From positions 16,661 through 80,660 of the forward strand of contig CALYAQ010000011.1 in the NCBI GenBank assembly GCA_944393615.1: DNA of 64,000 nt. Reading direction: 5' to 3'. Made by a program: the position numbers and the translations under genes. Positions within the stretch are counted from its first letter, which is position 1. Each line of letters begins with the position of its first letter. The notes beneath the pieces are model-generated. The model was not told where the DNA came from and ran no database searches. It saw nothing but the letters and a program-made list of their open reading frames with translations. This DNA comes from an uncultured Clostridia bacterium (lineage in GTDB: Bacteria; Bacillota; Clostridia; TANB77; SIG350). This document shows positions 9,549 to 18,960 of this stretch, in pieces.

Positions 9549-9635
9549 GCAGGAGTGGCGGAACTGGCAGACGCACAGGACTTAAAATCCTGCGGGACTT
9601 ATACTCCCGTACCGGTTCGATTCCGGTTTCCTGCA
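9549..9635 (+). tRNA. tRNA-Leu (anticodon UAA), long variable arm
   Basis: GCAGGAG acceptor stem, anticodon loop CUUAAAA and T-arm ACCGGTTCGATTCCGGT. A hairpin plus T-run follows at 9702-9731. Confidence 0.9.
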
Positions 9636-9701
9636 ACAAAAAACATTACTCGAACCACATATATTTCTTATATAGTTTTGCGGTAAAAGTATATTTATAT
9701 C

Positions 9702-9731
9702 AAAAGGAAAGCATAACGCTTTCTTTTTTGC
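9702..9731 (+). terminator. Rho-independent terminator after tRNA-Leu
   Basis: GGAAAGCATAACGCTTTC hairpin followed by TTTTTTGC. Confidence 0.5.
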
Positions 9732-9993
9732 TTTTTTAAAAATATTTCTCCTATTTCTTATTTAATGCAATATTTGTTTTTTTATACTACTATATCTTAA
9801 TTTCAAAATCACATTATTTATAATTTCTTATTCTTTTAAACCAAAATCTTAGATTACTTACAAAAAGGTATTATGATTGATTTAATAATGACCTTTTCAA
9901 CAAACACTTTTTAAAAATTGATTTTCTGTTCCAAATGTGATAACATTTAGTTATATAAGTATTATAAAATAAATTGATTAAGGATAGCGATTA

Positions 9994-10707
9994 ATGGAAA
10001 GAATAGATAAAATAATTTCATCACAAGGAAAATATACAAGAAGTGAAATAAAAAAATTAGCTAGTAATGGAAAAATTTTAGTTGATGGAATTTTAATAAA
10101 AAAAACCGACTTGAAAGTTGATAAAAATAAATGTAGAATAGTTGTAAACGGAGAAGAATTAACTTTCAAGGAACACATATATTTAATATTAAACAAACCC
10201 AAGGGGTATATATCTGCAACAGAAGACAAAAATCAAAAAACTGTGCTAGATTTAGTTCCGCCCAATTTATATAGAGCAACACTATTTCCTGCTGGCAGAC
10301 TAGATAAAGACACTACTGGTTTAATGATAATAACTACTGACGGTATGTTAGCACATAATATTTTATCTCCTAAAAAACACATTAAAAAAATTTACGAAAT
10401 AACTTTAGATGTACCCGTAACACAAATAATGGTTGAAAAATTTGCAAATGAAATACAATTAAATGATGGACAATGTAAATCAGCATTGCTTGAAACAACT
10501 GGTATAAACACTTGTAAAGTAACAATTACAGAAGGTAGATATCATCAAATTAAAAGAATGTTTGGATGTTGTAGTGCAAAGGTTATAGAACTTAATAGGA
10601 TTTGTATGGGTAATTTATTTTTACCAAAAGATTTAAAACTCGGTGAATGTAGAGAATTAACCAATCAAGAATTAGAATTACTACAAATAGTCGATAAAAA
10701 AATATAA
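9994..10707 (+). CDS. RsuA/RluB-family rRNA pseudouridine synthase (S4 domain + catalytic domain)
   Basis: An N-terminal S4-like RNA-binding region is followed by 'GRLDKDTTGLMIITTDG', which carries the catalytic Asp motif. Confidence 0.85.
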   Translation: MERIDKIISSQGKYTRSEIKKLASNGKILVDGILIKKTDLKVDKNKCRIVVNGEELTFKEHIYLILNKPKGYISATEDKNQKTVLDLVPPNLYRATLFPAGRLDKDTTGLMIITTDGMLAHNILSPKKHIKKIYEITLDVPVTQIMVEKFANEIQLNDGQCKSALLETTGINTCKVTITEGRYHQIKRMFGCCSAKVIELNRICMGNLFLPKDLKLGECRELTNQELELLQIVDKKI

Positions 10708-10723
10708 CAAAGGAGAAATTTTT

Positions 10724-11623
10724 ATGAAAACAGAAAAAAATATTTTAATTGCATTTGTTTTAAATTTATTTTTTTCAATATTTGAATTGATAGGTGGATT
10801 TATTACGAATAGTATTTCTATAATATCAGATGCTATACACGATTTCGGAGATGCATTAAGTATAGGTATATCTTTTATTTTAGAAAAAATAAGTAAAAGA
10901 AAGCCTAATGAAAAATACACTTATGGATATGCTAGGTATTCCATTTTAGGTGCATTTATAACAACCTCTGTCTTAACAGTTGGGTCTGTTTTAGTTATAA
11001 TAGCTGGAATAAATAGAATAATAAACCCAATAGAAATTAATTATAATGGTATGATTATATTTGCAATATTGGGCGTAACAATAAATCTTTTAGCAGTATA
11101 TTTTACAAAAGGTGGAAATTCATTAAATCAAAAAGCGGTAAATTTACACATGCTTGAAGACGTTTTAGGTTGGATTGTTGTACTTATTGGTTCTATATTA
11201 ATGAAATATACAAATATATTAGCAATTGATGCAATCATGTCTATAGGTATAGCTATCTTTATACTTTTTAATGCTTTAAAAAATTTTAAAGAAATTTTAG
11301 ATTTATTTTTAGAAAAAACTCCTGAAAATATTTCATTAGAAGAAATAAAGCAACATATAACTCAAATAAATGGCGTAATAGATGTACATCACATTCATAT
11401 TTGGAGCATTGATGGAAATACTAATTATTCAACCATGCATATTGTAACTGATGCTAAAGATATTAATTGTTTAAAACAAAAAATACGATCGGAACTATCT
11501 GAGCACGGAATTAGTCATACAACCATTGAAATAGAAAACACAAATGATATTTGTAATGAGAAAGAATGTAAAATAAAAAATGAAAATATAAATTGTTCAA
11601 TTCATCATCACCATAACCATTAG
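10724..11623 (+). CDS. Cation diffusion facilitator (CDF/CzcD-like) metal efflux transporter with a His-rich C-terminus
   Basis: Six TM segments, 'HDFGDALS' and 'HMLEDVLGW' motifs, and a C-terminal HHHHNH. Confidence 0.85.
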   Translation: MKTEKNILIAFVLNLFFSIFELIGGFITNSISIISDAIHDFGDALSIGISFILEKISKRKPNEKYTYGYARYSILGAFITTSVLTVGSVLVIIAGINRIINPIEINYNGMIIFAILGVTINLLAVYFTKGGNSLNQKAVNLHMLEDVLGWIVVLIGSILMKYTNILAIDAIMSIGIAIFILFNALKNFKEILDLFLEKTPENISLEEIKQHITQINGVIDVHHIHIWSIDGNTNYSTMHIVTDAKDINCLKQKIRSELSEHGISHTTIEIENTNDICNEKECKIKNENINCSIHHHHNH

Positions 11624-11627
11624 TAAA

Positions 11628-12713
11628 TTATTTTCCCTTTTTTATCATATTGTCTTTTGCTATATTAAACAAAGTGCCTAGGCTTTTTGTAATTATCTCT
11701 TTACTTTTTTTATCAATATTTTGATATGATTTTAATACCATTTTTGTGTTATCAAACCATTTGTCGGTAAGTTCTGACAATGTTTTTGCTTTTGTTGAAT
11801 TAATTACTTGAAATACAATATTTACAAATTGTTCTCTTTGTTTACTATCCACCTCTATTAACCAAGTCTTTAGTGTTTTATCAATTATTTTACTGCCATC
11901 TGTAACCTCGTCAACATACAAAAATTGGGGACCCATCAATTGCCATGTGTATAAATCGTGTTGTAATAGTCCAACTTGTGTACTTTTTACAACCGTATAT
12001 TTTTCTTCGTGATTTAACAACCTTCCTACAATAGAAGATTGTGGTACAAATGTGTGTATCTTTTCTAATACTCTTTTATAATTTTGAGTATTAGTTATTT
12101 TTTCTCCAAAGCCAGGACCGTCGTTATTATATATTTCTATAATTCTTTTTTGATAAATAGCTTTACAAAAAGCCGATGCATAAACAGCTAAATTACCACC
12201 TTTCGAATGTCCTCCAACTCGTATAGGCACTCTTTTATGCGTATTTGCAACATTTTCTAAATATTGTACTGCATCTAATTGAGAATATATTATATCTTTA
12301 AAGCTCATATTGAAATCTTCTTTCCAGCCAACAATAGTATTGTCTGTTCCTCTATATGAAATATATATTGTTCTATCAGGTAATATAACTGTAATTGCTG
12401 AAAATTGTTTTTCTTCTTCAGTATCAATTTTGTTAACATATTTAGTTAAAATAAGATTAGCAAACCTTTTACTCTTGGCTAATGCAGGAAATAGCTCCAT
12501 ATCCTCTTTTTGTAATATTTCAACACTATTAATATCTTTTTTCTTAAATCTTTCATACGTTTGTTTTAAAGTAACTTCTTCATTTTCCCCTATTATATCA
12601 TCAAAAGGGAAATATGCAACTCTTGACAAAATTAAATTATCTATTTCGTTAAATTTAGCTTGAGTTATATCTAATTCTCCTCTCCATTGAACATAATCAA
12701 ATATATTAGCCAT
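11628..12713 (-). CDS. Alpha/beta-hydrolase-fold protein (DUF2974/Mbeg1-like, lipase-type GHSxG nucleophile elbow)
   Basis: 'GGHSKGGNLAVYASAF'. No signal peptide. Confidence 0.5.
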   Translation of the reverse strand: MANIFDYVQWRGELDITQAKFNEIDNLILSRVAYFPFDDIIGENEEVTLKQTYERFKKKDINSVEILQKEDMELFPALAKSKRFANLILTKYVNKIDTEEEKQFSAITVILPDRTIYISYRGTDNTIVGWKEDFNMSFKDIIYSQLDAVQYLENVANTHKRVPIRVGGHSKGGNLAVYASAFCKAIYQKRIIEIYNNDGPGFGEKITNTQNYKRVLEKIHTFVPQSSIVGRLLNHEEKYTVVKSTQVGLLQHDLYTWQLMGPQFLYVDEVTDGSKIIDKTLKTWLIEVDSKQREQFVNIVFQVINSTKAKTLSELTDKWFDNTKMVLKSYQNIDKKSKEIITKSLGTLFNIAKDNMIKKGK

Positions 12714-12782
12714 ATACTCATTTCCTTTCTATATATTTATTTAAAGTCCAGTTATACTATATTAACTGGACTTTTGCTTTTT

Positions 12783-13019
12783 CTATTTTTCTTCTATTTC
12801 TAAATTTTCTTGTACATTTTCTTTTGCTTGTTTTTCTTTTTCTAAACCTTCAAGATATTTAGCCATTGCCCTTCTATTTTTTAAAACTAATCCTGGGTTT
12901 TGATTTTGTTCTACTTTTGGCTTATCACTTGTATCAAATGTTTCTAGGTTTTCTTCTCCAAATTGTTCTTTGTTTTTTTCTTCTCTTTTCTCGATATCGT
13001 CTTCAATATCATACGCCAT
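12783..13019 (-). CDS. Small acidic hypothetical protein (78 aa, E/K-rich)
   Basis: The ORF has coding-like composition. No recognisable family. Confidence 0.45.
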   Translation of the reverse strand: MAYDIEDDIEKREEKNKEQFGEENLETFDTSDKPKVEQNQNPGLVLKNRRAMAKYLEGLEKEKQAKENVQENLEIEEK

Positions 13020-13158
13020 ATTATCACACCTTTCAAAAATAAAATACCATTATTTCTTTAAAAAGTCAACATTCATAATATAATTGTTATTGAATTTTAA
13101 TACATTTTATGTTAAAGTAAACTTAAATATTGTAAAAGCAGATTGAAAGGAAACTATT

Positions 13159-13722
13159 ATGAAAAACAAAATAACCAAATTTGATTTCAAAAAATATTTT
13201 ATATTTTTTATGCTATATGCAATTATAGGGTGGATGTATGAGGTTTTTTTAGAGGTTGTTGTATATGGGTGGGGATTTACAAATAGAGGTGTGTTATTCG
13301 GTCCATACTGCCCTGTATATGGTTTTGGAGCTTTGGCTTTTATATTTACTCTTTATAATTTAATAAAAGGAAAAAGTATAAAGCAAAAGCTTTTAATGAT
13401 TCCAATTGTTTTTTTAGGTTGTATGTTTATTGCAACAAGTATAGAATTGATAACTTCATATATTTGTGAATTTATATTAGGTTACTGGCCTTGGCAAACA
13501 TACGTTAATTATAGTATAAATTTTGAAGGAAGAATAGCTCTATCTCCTTCAATTAGGTTTGGAATTGGCGGACTTATATTCTTATATATATTACAACCTC
13601 TTTTCGAAAAATTATATAATTCAATAAAAAACACAGTATTGAAATTTGTTTTTTACACTTTAGCGCTAATATTATCTTGTGATATAATTATAACAATATT
13701 AACATTTATTCAATTAAACTAA
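13159..13722 (+). CDS. Integral membrane protein, 'putative ABC-transporter type IV'/DUF1113-like family; paralog of 26383..27120
   Basis: Shared motifs 'IGWxxE' and 'GPxxP(V/I)YG(F/V)GA' with the ORF at 26383..27120. Confidence 0.55.
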   Translation: MKNKITKFDFKKYFIFFMLYAIIGWMYEVFLEVVVYGWGFTNRGVLFGPYCPVYGFGALAFIFTLYNLIKGKSIKQKLLMIPIVFLGCMFIATSIELITSYICEFILGYWPWQTYVNYSINFEGRIALSPSIRFGIGGLIFLYILQPLFEKLYNSIKNTVLKFVFYTLALILSCDIIITILTFIQLN

Positions 13723-13737
13723 ATACACACATTGCTA

Positions 13738-13770
13738 TTGACTTGCGTGTGCATTTAGTTTAAAATATAG
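13738..13770 (+). promoter_or_regulatory. Promoter for the abiE pair (TTGACT -35 / TAAAAT -10), with a short inverted repeat ACACA..TGTGT flanking the -35
   Basis: TTGACTTGCGTGTGCATTTAGTTTAAAATAT. AbiEi antitoxins are known to autoregulate through inverted repeats at the promoter. Confidence 0.35.
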
Positions 13771-13774
13771 TTAG

Positions 13775-14326
13775 GTGATAAAAATGTTATATACACATAA
13801 AGAATTATTAAATAAATATAAATCAAATTATCAAATTGAAAAAGCGGTTAAAGAAAAGAAAATTTTTAAAATTGAAAAAGGTATTTATGCAGACAAAAAG
13901 AATCTTCATTACTTAGAATTACTTGTTAAAAAATACCCGAAAGCAATAATTACTGGTGAATCTGCTTATTATTATCATCATCTAACAGATGTGATACCAG
14001 ATAGAATATATTTAGCAACAAATAGAACTGCTGTAAGAATAAATAATAATAAAATTAAGCAAATTTCAGCAAGTGATAATCTATTTGAATTAGGAAAAGA
14101 AACTTTAGTTTATGAAGGTGTAACCATCAATATTTATAATAAAGAAAGAATGTTAATTGATTTAACTAGAAACAAAAAACAAATAGGATATGATTTATAT
14201 AAAGAAATAATATCTAATTATAGAAAATTAGCAAATTCATTAGATACACAAAAGATAGAAGAATATTTACAATACTTTGTAAATGGAGATAAATTTTTTG
14301 AAATAATACAAGATGAGGTGTTTTAA
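13775..14326 (+). CDS. abiEi: AbiEi-family antitoxin/transcriptional regulator (type IV toxin-antitoxin)
   Basis: 183 aa, with an N-terminal wHTH-like region ending in '..IEKGIYA'. It overlaps the downstream NTase gene by 1 nt (TAATG). Confidence 0.6.
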   Translation: MIKMLYTHKELLNKYKSNYQIEKAVKEKKIFKIEKGIYADKKNLHYLELLVKKYPKAIITGESAYYYHHLTDVIPDRIYLATNRTAVRINNNKIKQISASDNLFELGKETLVYEGVTINIYNKERMLIDLTRNKKQIGYDLYKEIISNYRKLANSLDTQKIEEYLQYFVNGDKFFEIIQDEVF

Positions 14327-15153
14327 TGGATATATATGAATTAGTAAACAAATATATATATGCAGGTTATTCTGAAAATGATGCTATTCCAAAAGTTGCT
14401 CAAGACATAGTTCTACTTAAAATTGGAAATAGCAAATATAATAAGAATATTACTGTAAAAGGTGGAGTTGTAATGCACAACATTTCTAAAGATATGCGTC
14501 GTGCAACTCGAGATATGGACATTGATTTTATAAAGTATTCTTTGGAAGATAAATCAATACTTAATTTTATAAAAGAATTAAATAATGTAGATGATGATAT
14601 AAAAATAAAAGTTACCGGAAAAATCGAAGCTTTACATCATCAAGATTACAATGGGAAAAGAATTTATATACAACTAACTGACAGTAATAAGTATTCAATA
14701 AGTTCTAAACTAGATATTGGAGTACATAAGTATTTTGATATAGAACAAGATGAGTATTATTTTGATTTAAATATAATTGATGAAAGTGTACGTCTTCTTA
14801 TAAATTCAAAGGAACAAATAATTGTTGAAAAATTAAAATCATTATTAAAATTTGGTATTACATCTACAAGATTTAAAGATATATTTGATTTTTATTATTT
14901 AATAAATAACGAAGATTTAAGTACGGACAAGCTAGTAAAATACATAGATATATTAATTTTTCAAGATGAAGACATGAGAGAAAATGAATTAAAAGATATA
15001 CATATTAGATTAACCAATATATTAAATAATCATAGATTTCAATCAAGAATTAACACAGCCAATAACAACTGGTTGGAAATACCTATAACAAATGTTATTA
15101 ATAATGTTTTGGAATATTTTGAAGATTTAATAAAAAAGCTACAAACAATTTAG
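14326..15153 (+). CDS. abiEii: AbiEii/AbiGii-family nucleotidyltransferase toxin (DUF1814)
   Basis: 'VKGGVVMHNISKDMRRATRDMDIDF' matches the AbiEii pattern KGGTAL...R.SEDLDF. The gene is translationally coupled to the upstream ORF. Confidence 0.65.
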   Translation: MDIYELVNKYIYAGYSENDAIPKVAQDIVLLKIGNSKYNKNITVKGGVVMHNISKDMRRATRDMDIDFIKYSLEDKSILNFIKELNNVDDDIKIKVTGKIEALHHQDYNGKRIYIQLTDSNKYSISSKLDIGVHKYFDIEQDEYYFDLNIIDESVRLLINSKEQIIVEKLKSLLKFGITSTRFKDIFDFYYLINNEDLSTDKLVKYIDILIFQDEDMRENELKDIHIRLTNILNNHRFQSRINTANNNWLEIPITNVINNVLEYFEDLIKKLQTI

Positions 15154-15301
15154 TTTTTAATGTTTTTGTAACAACCATGAAATATTCATGTAAAAAAATT
15201 CGTCAACATAATTGACTTTTCTTATGTTTCTTGATATACTAGTATAGTAATTATATAATAATTATACCAAATCTCTTTTAATTAAAAGAGAGGAGCCAAA
15301 C

Positions 15302-15769
15302 ATGAGATTTACTACAAAAGATTGGAAAGAATATGCACAAAATTGTGGTGTAGCAGAAGAGGACGTAAAAAAAATCATTACAATTGCAAATAAGATTGGA
15401 AAAAATATTTCTGATAAAGAGTTGGAATTATCCGTATTCCATGATGCAATGAGAATTTTTTTAGTTAATGTAAGAGCAAATGCAACTTTTAAACAAACAA
15501 ATGAAAAAGTATCAAATGAATTTTTCTTAAAGTTTGTTAACAAAGAAGTTCTTAATGTAGATGAAGTTACTAACCCACTTGAAGAATACATTTATGTATT
15601 AGGGCTAATTAGGCATTTACTTTTAAAAGAATCTTTCTCGTTCCTCCATTCTGCAGGATATATTGAAAAACTCAAAAAAGGTTTAACAGTTGAAACTGAC
15701 CTTGAAAAAGCATATTTTGTTTATGCATTTGAAGTTACCGAAGAGTATATATCTAAACAGTGTGTTTAA
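15302..15769 (+). CDS. Hypothetical protein (155 aa) downstream of the abiE pair, with its own promoter
   Basis: TTGACT...TATACT promoter at ~15209-15245 and an AAAAGAGAGGAG RBS. No family recognised. Confidence 0.45.
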   Translation: MRFTTKDWKEYAQNCGVAEEDVKKIITIANKIGKNISDKELELSVFHDAMRIFLVNVRANATFKQTNEKVSNEFFLKFVNKEVLNVDEVTNPLEEYIYVLGLIRHLLLKESFSFLHSAGYIEKLKKGLTVETDLEKAYFVYAFEVTEEYISKQCV

Positions 15770-15773
15770 TCTA

Positions 15774-15808
15774 TTTACATACAAAGCAAACATTTTGTTT
15801 GCTTTTTA
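15774..15808. terminator. Bidirectional terminator hairpin (AAAGCAAACATTTTGTTTGCTTTTT) between convergent ORFs
   Basis: Perfect 9-bp stem with flanking A/T runs. Confidence 0.55.
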
Positions 15809-16147
15809 TGTTTCTTGTGGTAATTGTCCTATTTTTCTTTTTAATCTTTCTATCTGTTCATCATACATTTTTATTAGTCCTGTTATTTGTTCTTTTGTTA
15901 ATTTTTCCTCTGAAATTAATTCATTATCATATTGTTCTTTTAAACTCATTAAATCCGCTTCTTTTTTTACTTCTTCAGTTACCTTTATATTATCTAGAAA
16001 ACCCTCTTTTGTTTCAACCTCTTCTTGATTTTGTATTGGCTGTTTTATTTGAACCTCTATTTCTTTTTTTCCAAATATTTTTTTAAAAAAGTTTTTTATT
16101 TTGTTTAAAATTCCTTTTTCTTCTACTTTTATTAAATTATTGTTCAT
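15806..16147 (-). CDS. Hypothetical K/E-rich coiled-coil-like protein (113 aa)
   Basis: The minus-strand ORF has natural composition and a GGGAGA RBS. The overlapping plus-strand ORFs are low-complexity antisense artefacts. Confidence 0.4.
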   Translation of the reverse strand: MNNNLIKVEEKGILNKIKNFFKKIFGKKEIEVQIKQPIQNQEEVETKEGFLDNIKVTEEVKKEADLMSLKEQYDNELISEEKLTKEQITGLIKMYDEQIERLKRKIGQLPQET

Positions 16148-16416
16148 ATTATTTCATCTCCCAACATTTTTTATTATTAAATCATATATAAAGCAAAATT
16201 ACAATATATAAATTCTTTTTTCCTATTGCATTAAATCCTTTTTTCGTATATAATAAAAAAAGATAAGGGAGTAATTAGCATACTAATATGTAATAAAGCC
16301 AACAGCCGATTTTTATAAAATCTGGTTTTATTGTAAATAATGAGACTTATCTGCATATAAAATTGCAGGCTCAAGTCTTGTTTTTGTATGTATAGTTATT
16401 AATTAAGGGGGAGAAA

Positions 16417-17391
16417 ATGATTGTAAATATTATATTAGTTGTTGTAGGTTTTTTACTATTAGTTAAGGGTGCGGACTTCTTAGTTGACGGTGCTAGTAGT
16501 GTAGCAAGAAAATTTAAAATTCCACAAATTGTAATTGGTCTTACTATTGTTGCTATTGGTACATCAACACCCGAATTGGTTGTAAGTTTAAATTCTGCTA
16601 TGAATGGACATTCTGACATCGCAATAGGCAATGTAATTGGCAGTAATTTAGTAAATTTGTTATTTATACTTGGTATATGTGCAATAATTAAGCCTCTACC
16701 CTTTCAAAAAGGTTCTGTAAAATTTGAAATACCTTTTTCTATCGCTATTACAGTTCTATTATTTATACTTTGTATAAATGGTAATGGAAACCTTTCAAAT
16801 ATAATTACACGTGGAGAAGGAATAGTATTATTAATATTATGCATTTTATTTATATTATATAATTTTAAATTATCTAAACAAAGTAGAGAATTATATGAAG
16901 AAACAAGCGAAACAAATGAAGATAACACCAAATTTTCTTTATTAAAATCAATAGGTTTTATCACTATTGGTATTTTAGGACTTAAATTCGGCGGCGATTT
17001 AGTTGTTAATGGTTGTGTTGAAATTGCAACTATATTAGGTATAAGTGAAAAACTAATTGGCCTTACTATTATTGCTATTGGAACAAGCTTACCAGAATTA
17101 TTCACATCTGTAGTCGCTACTAGAAAAGGTGAAACAGATATAGCTATTGGTAATATTTTAGGTTCTCAAATATTTAATATATTGCTTATTATTGGTGTTT
17201 CGTCTATTATATCACCTATATCTTATGCAATTAGCTATAACAAGGATATAATATTGTTAATTATAGTTTCTGCAATTTTTGGATTATTCCCATTTTTGGG
17301 ACAGAAAAATTATATGACTAAATCAAACGGTATATTATTTGTTAGTATTTATTTAATTTATATTATTACATTAGTATTTATGGATGCTTAA
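16417..17391 (+). CDS. Ca2+/Na+ antiporter, CaCA family (YrbG-like)
   Basis: Two alpha-repeat motifs, 'GTSTPELVVS' and 'GTSLPELFTS'. Confidence 0.85.
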   Translation: MIVNIILVVVGFLLLVKGADFLVDGASSVARKFKIPQIVIGLTIVAIGTSTPELVVSLNSAMNGHSDIAIGNVIGSNLVNLLFILGICAIIKPLPFQKGSVKFEIPFSIAITVLLFILCINGNGNLSNIITRGEGIVLLILCILFILYNFKLSKQSRELYEETSETNEDNTKFSLLKSIGFITIGILGLKFGGDLVVNGCVEIATILGISEKLIGLTIIAIGTSLPELFTSVVATRKGETDIAIGNILGSQIFNILLIIGVSSIISPISYAISYNKDIILLIIVSAIFGLFPFLGQKNYMTKSNGILFVSIYLIYIITLVFMDA

Positions 17392-17412
17392 AAATACTTA
17401 AAGGAGATAAAA

Positions 17413-18060
17413 GTGGAAAAAACCAAGAAAATTTTCTTAAAAAATATAAAGTGGTTTGTATTATTGCTAGCCCTAATATTTTTTATTTATATTTTACAAA
17501 ATATTTATTCAAACGAAGAATTAATTGTAGATAGTATTTTTTACAGTTTTATTGTTGAACAATTGCGTAGTGATTTTTTGACATCTGTTTTTACAATTAT
17601 AACTCAATTAGCAAGTGCTCCTATCTTAATTGCAATTTGTATATTATCTTTTATTATATTAAAAAATAAAGAAATAGGACTATTTTTAACTAGCAATTTG
17701 GTTATATCATATATTATAAATATTGTTCTTAAAAACATAGTTCAAAGGCAACGACCTGTTGATTTTAGGCTGATAGAAGAATCAGGATATAGTTTTCCTT
17801 CTGGTCATTCAATGATTAGTATGGCTTTTTATGGACTTATAATTTATTTTATTTATACTAAAGTACAAAATAAATATTTAAAATGGTTTTTATGTATTTT
17901 GTTTGGGTTACTAATACCTTTAATCGGGTTAAGTAGAATTTATTTAGGGGTTCATTATGCAAGTGATGTTATTGCAGGTTTTGTAATATCTATTGCCTAT
18001 TTAATAATTTTCACTAGTGTAATTTCTACTATACAAACTCGTTATCCTGAAAGCCAATAG
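17413..18060 (+). CDS. PAP2-family membrane phosphatase (undecaprenyl-diphosphatase-like)
   Basis: 'KNIVQRQRP', 'PSGHS' and 'SRIYLGVHYASDV' PAP2 motifs. Confidence 0.85.
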   Translation: MEKTKKIFLKNIKWFVLLLALIFFIYILQNIYSNEELIVDSIFYSFIVEQLRSDFLTSVFTIITQLASAPILIAICILSFIILKNKEIGLFLTSNLVISYIINIVLKNIVQRQRPVDFRLIEESGYSFPSGHSMISMAFYGLIIYFIYTKVQNKYLKWFLCILFGLLIPLIGLSRIYLGVHYASDVIAGFVISIAYLIIFTSVISTIQTRYPESQ

Positions 18061-18128
18061 GCCTTCCTTAACAAAAAACTTTTTTTGTTGTATACTTTCA
18101 TTGAAATAAAATTTTAAGAGGTATCTTT

Positions 18129-18344
18129 ATGTGTAGTATACCAAAACCAAAAAAATGTCGAAAAGAAGTGATTAAATTTATTCAAAAAAGAATAAAAAAA
18201 TCATCAAAAAAAGGAAAAGGACATTGCCATGTAGAACATCTTCCCAAAAATATTATGCAAAAACTTTTCAAAAAAGGTTATCTTGTAGAAACAACACGTT
18301 TTGATACAGGATATAAATTCTATACTATTTATTGGGATAAATAA
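18129..18344 (+). CDS. Small basic hypothetical protein (71 aa); terminator hairpin at 18345-18372
   Basis: AAGAGG RBS. The CAAAACAGATAAATTTATCTGTTTTG hairpin follows the stop. Confidence 0.4.
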   Translation: MCSIPKPKKCRKEVIKFIQKRIKKSSKKGKGHCHVEHLPKNIMQKLFKKGYLVETTRFDTGYKFYTIYWDK

Positions 18345-18421
18345 CAAAACAGATAAATTTATCTGTTTTGTCTTTGTTTTTATTCTTTTATCTGATATAA
18401 TTAAAATATGGAGGAGTTATT

Positions 18422-18928
18422 ATGAAAAGAATGGCAGAAATTATCACATCTATTTTATTTATAACTAATGGTATCTTATGTATAACTTGTGCTGATTTAT
18501 TACAAGATGTTTTACCTATTATTTCAGCATCAATAGCAATATTATCAGGAATAATTTTGTTAATAAAAGCTATAAAAGAAAAAGAATACACAAGATTAGA
18601 AACAAAAGATACTGCAACAGCTATTATTATGATTATAATGGGAATAGCAATATTGTTTAACACGTCTAATGCTATATATTTAATAGGCGTATCTTGGGGA
18701 ATATATGGACTAGTTAAAGGAATTAATGGTATAAATACCGCATTATATAATAAATATCATAACAACAAATTTATATTAATAACACTACATGCTAGTATAG
18801 AAATAATGTTAGCAATTGCTTTAGTTTTTAATCCTTTTGAAAAAATATCTCATCATATTGTTTTATTAGGTATAGAAATGATTCTGGTGTCTGGTCGAAA
18901 TTTATTTAAAGAAAACAAAAAAGCATAG
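18422..18928 (+). CDS. Polytopic membrane protein (HdeD/DUF308-like), hypothetical
   Basis: GGAGG RBS and 5-6 predicted TM helices. Confidence 0.5.
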   Translation: MKRMAEIITSILFITNGILCITCADLLQDVLPIISASIAILSGIILLIKAIKEKEYTRLETKDTATAIIMIIMGIAILFNTSNAIYLIGVSWGIYGLVKGINGINTALYNKYHNNKFILITLHASIEIMLAIALVFNPFEKISHHIVLLGIEMILVSGRNLFKENKKA

Positions 18929-18960
18929 AAAAAAAGAGAAATTGGTAATTTACTAATTTC

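Noticed and set aside
15268-15290. Perfect palindrome TCTCTTTTAATTAAAAGAGAG immediately upstream of the RBS of ORF 15302.
   Set aside because: It could be an operator or a 5' stem-loop. It is a single copy with no recognisable regulator context, so it is too weak to call.
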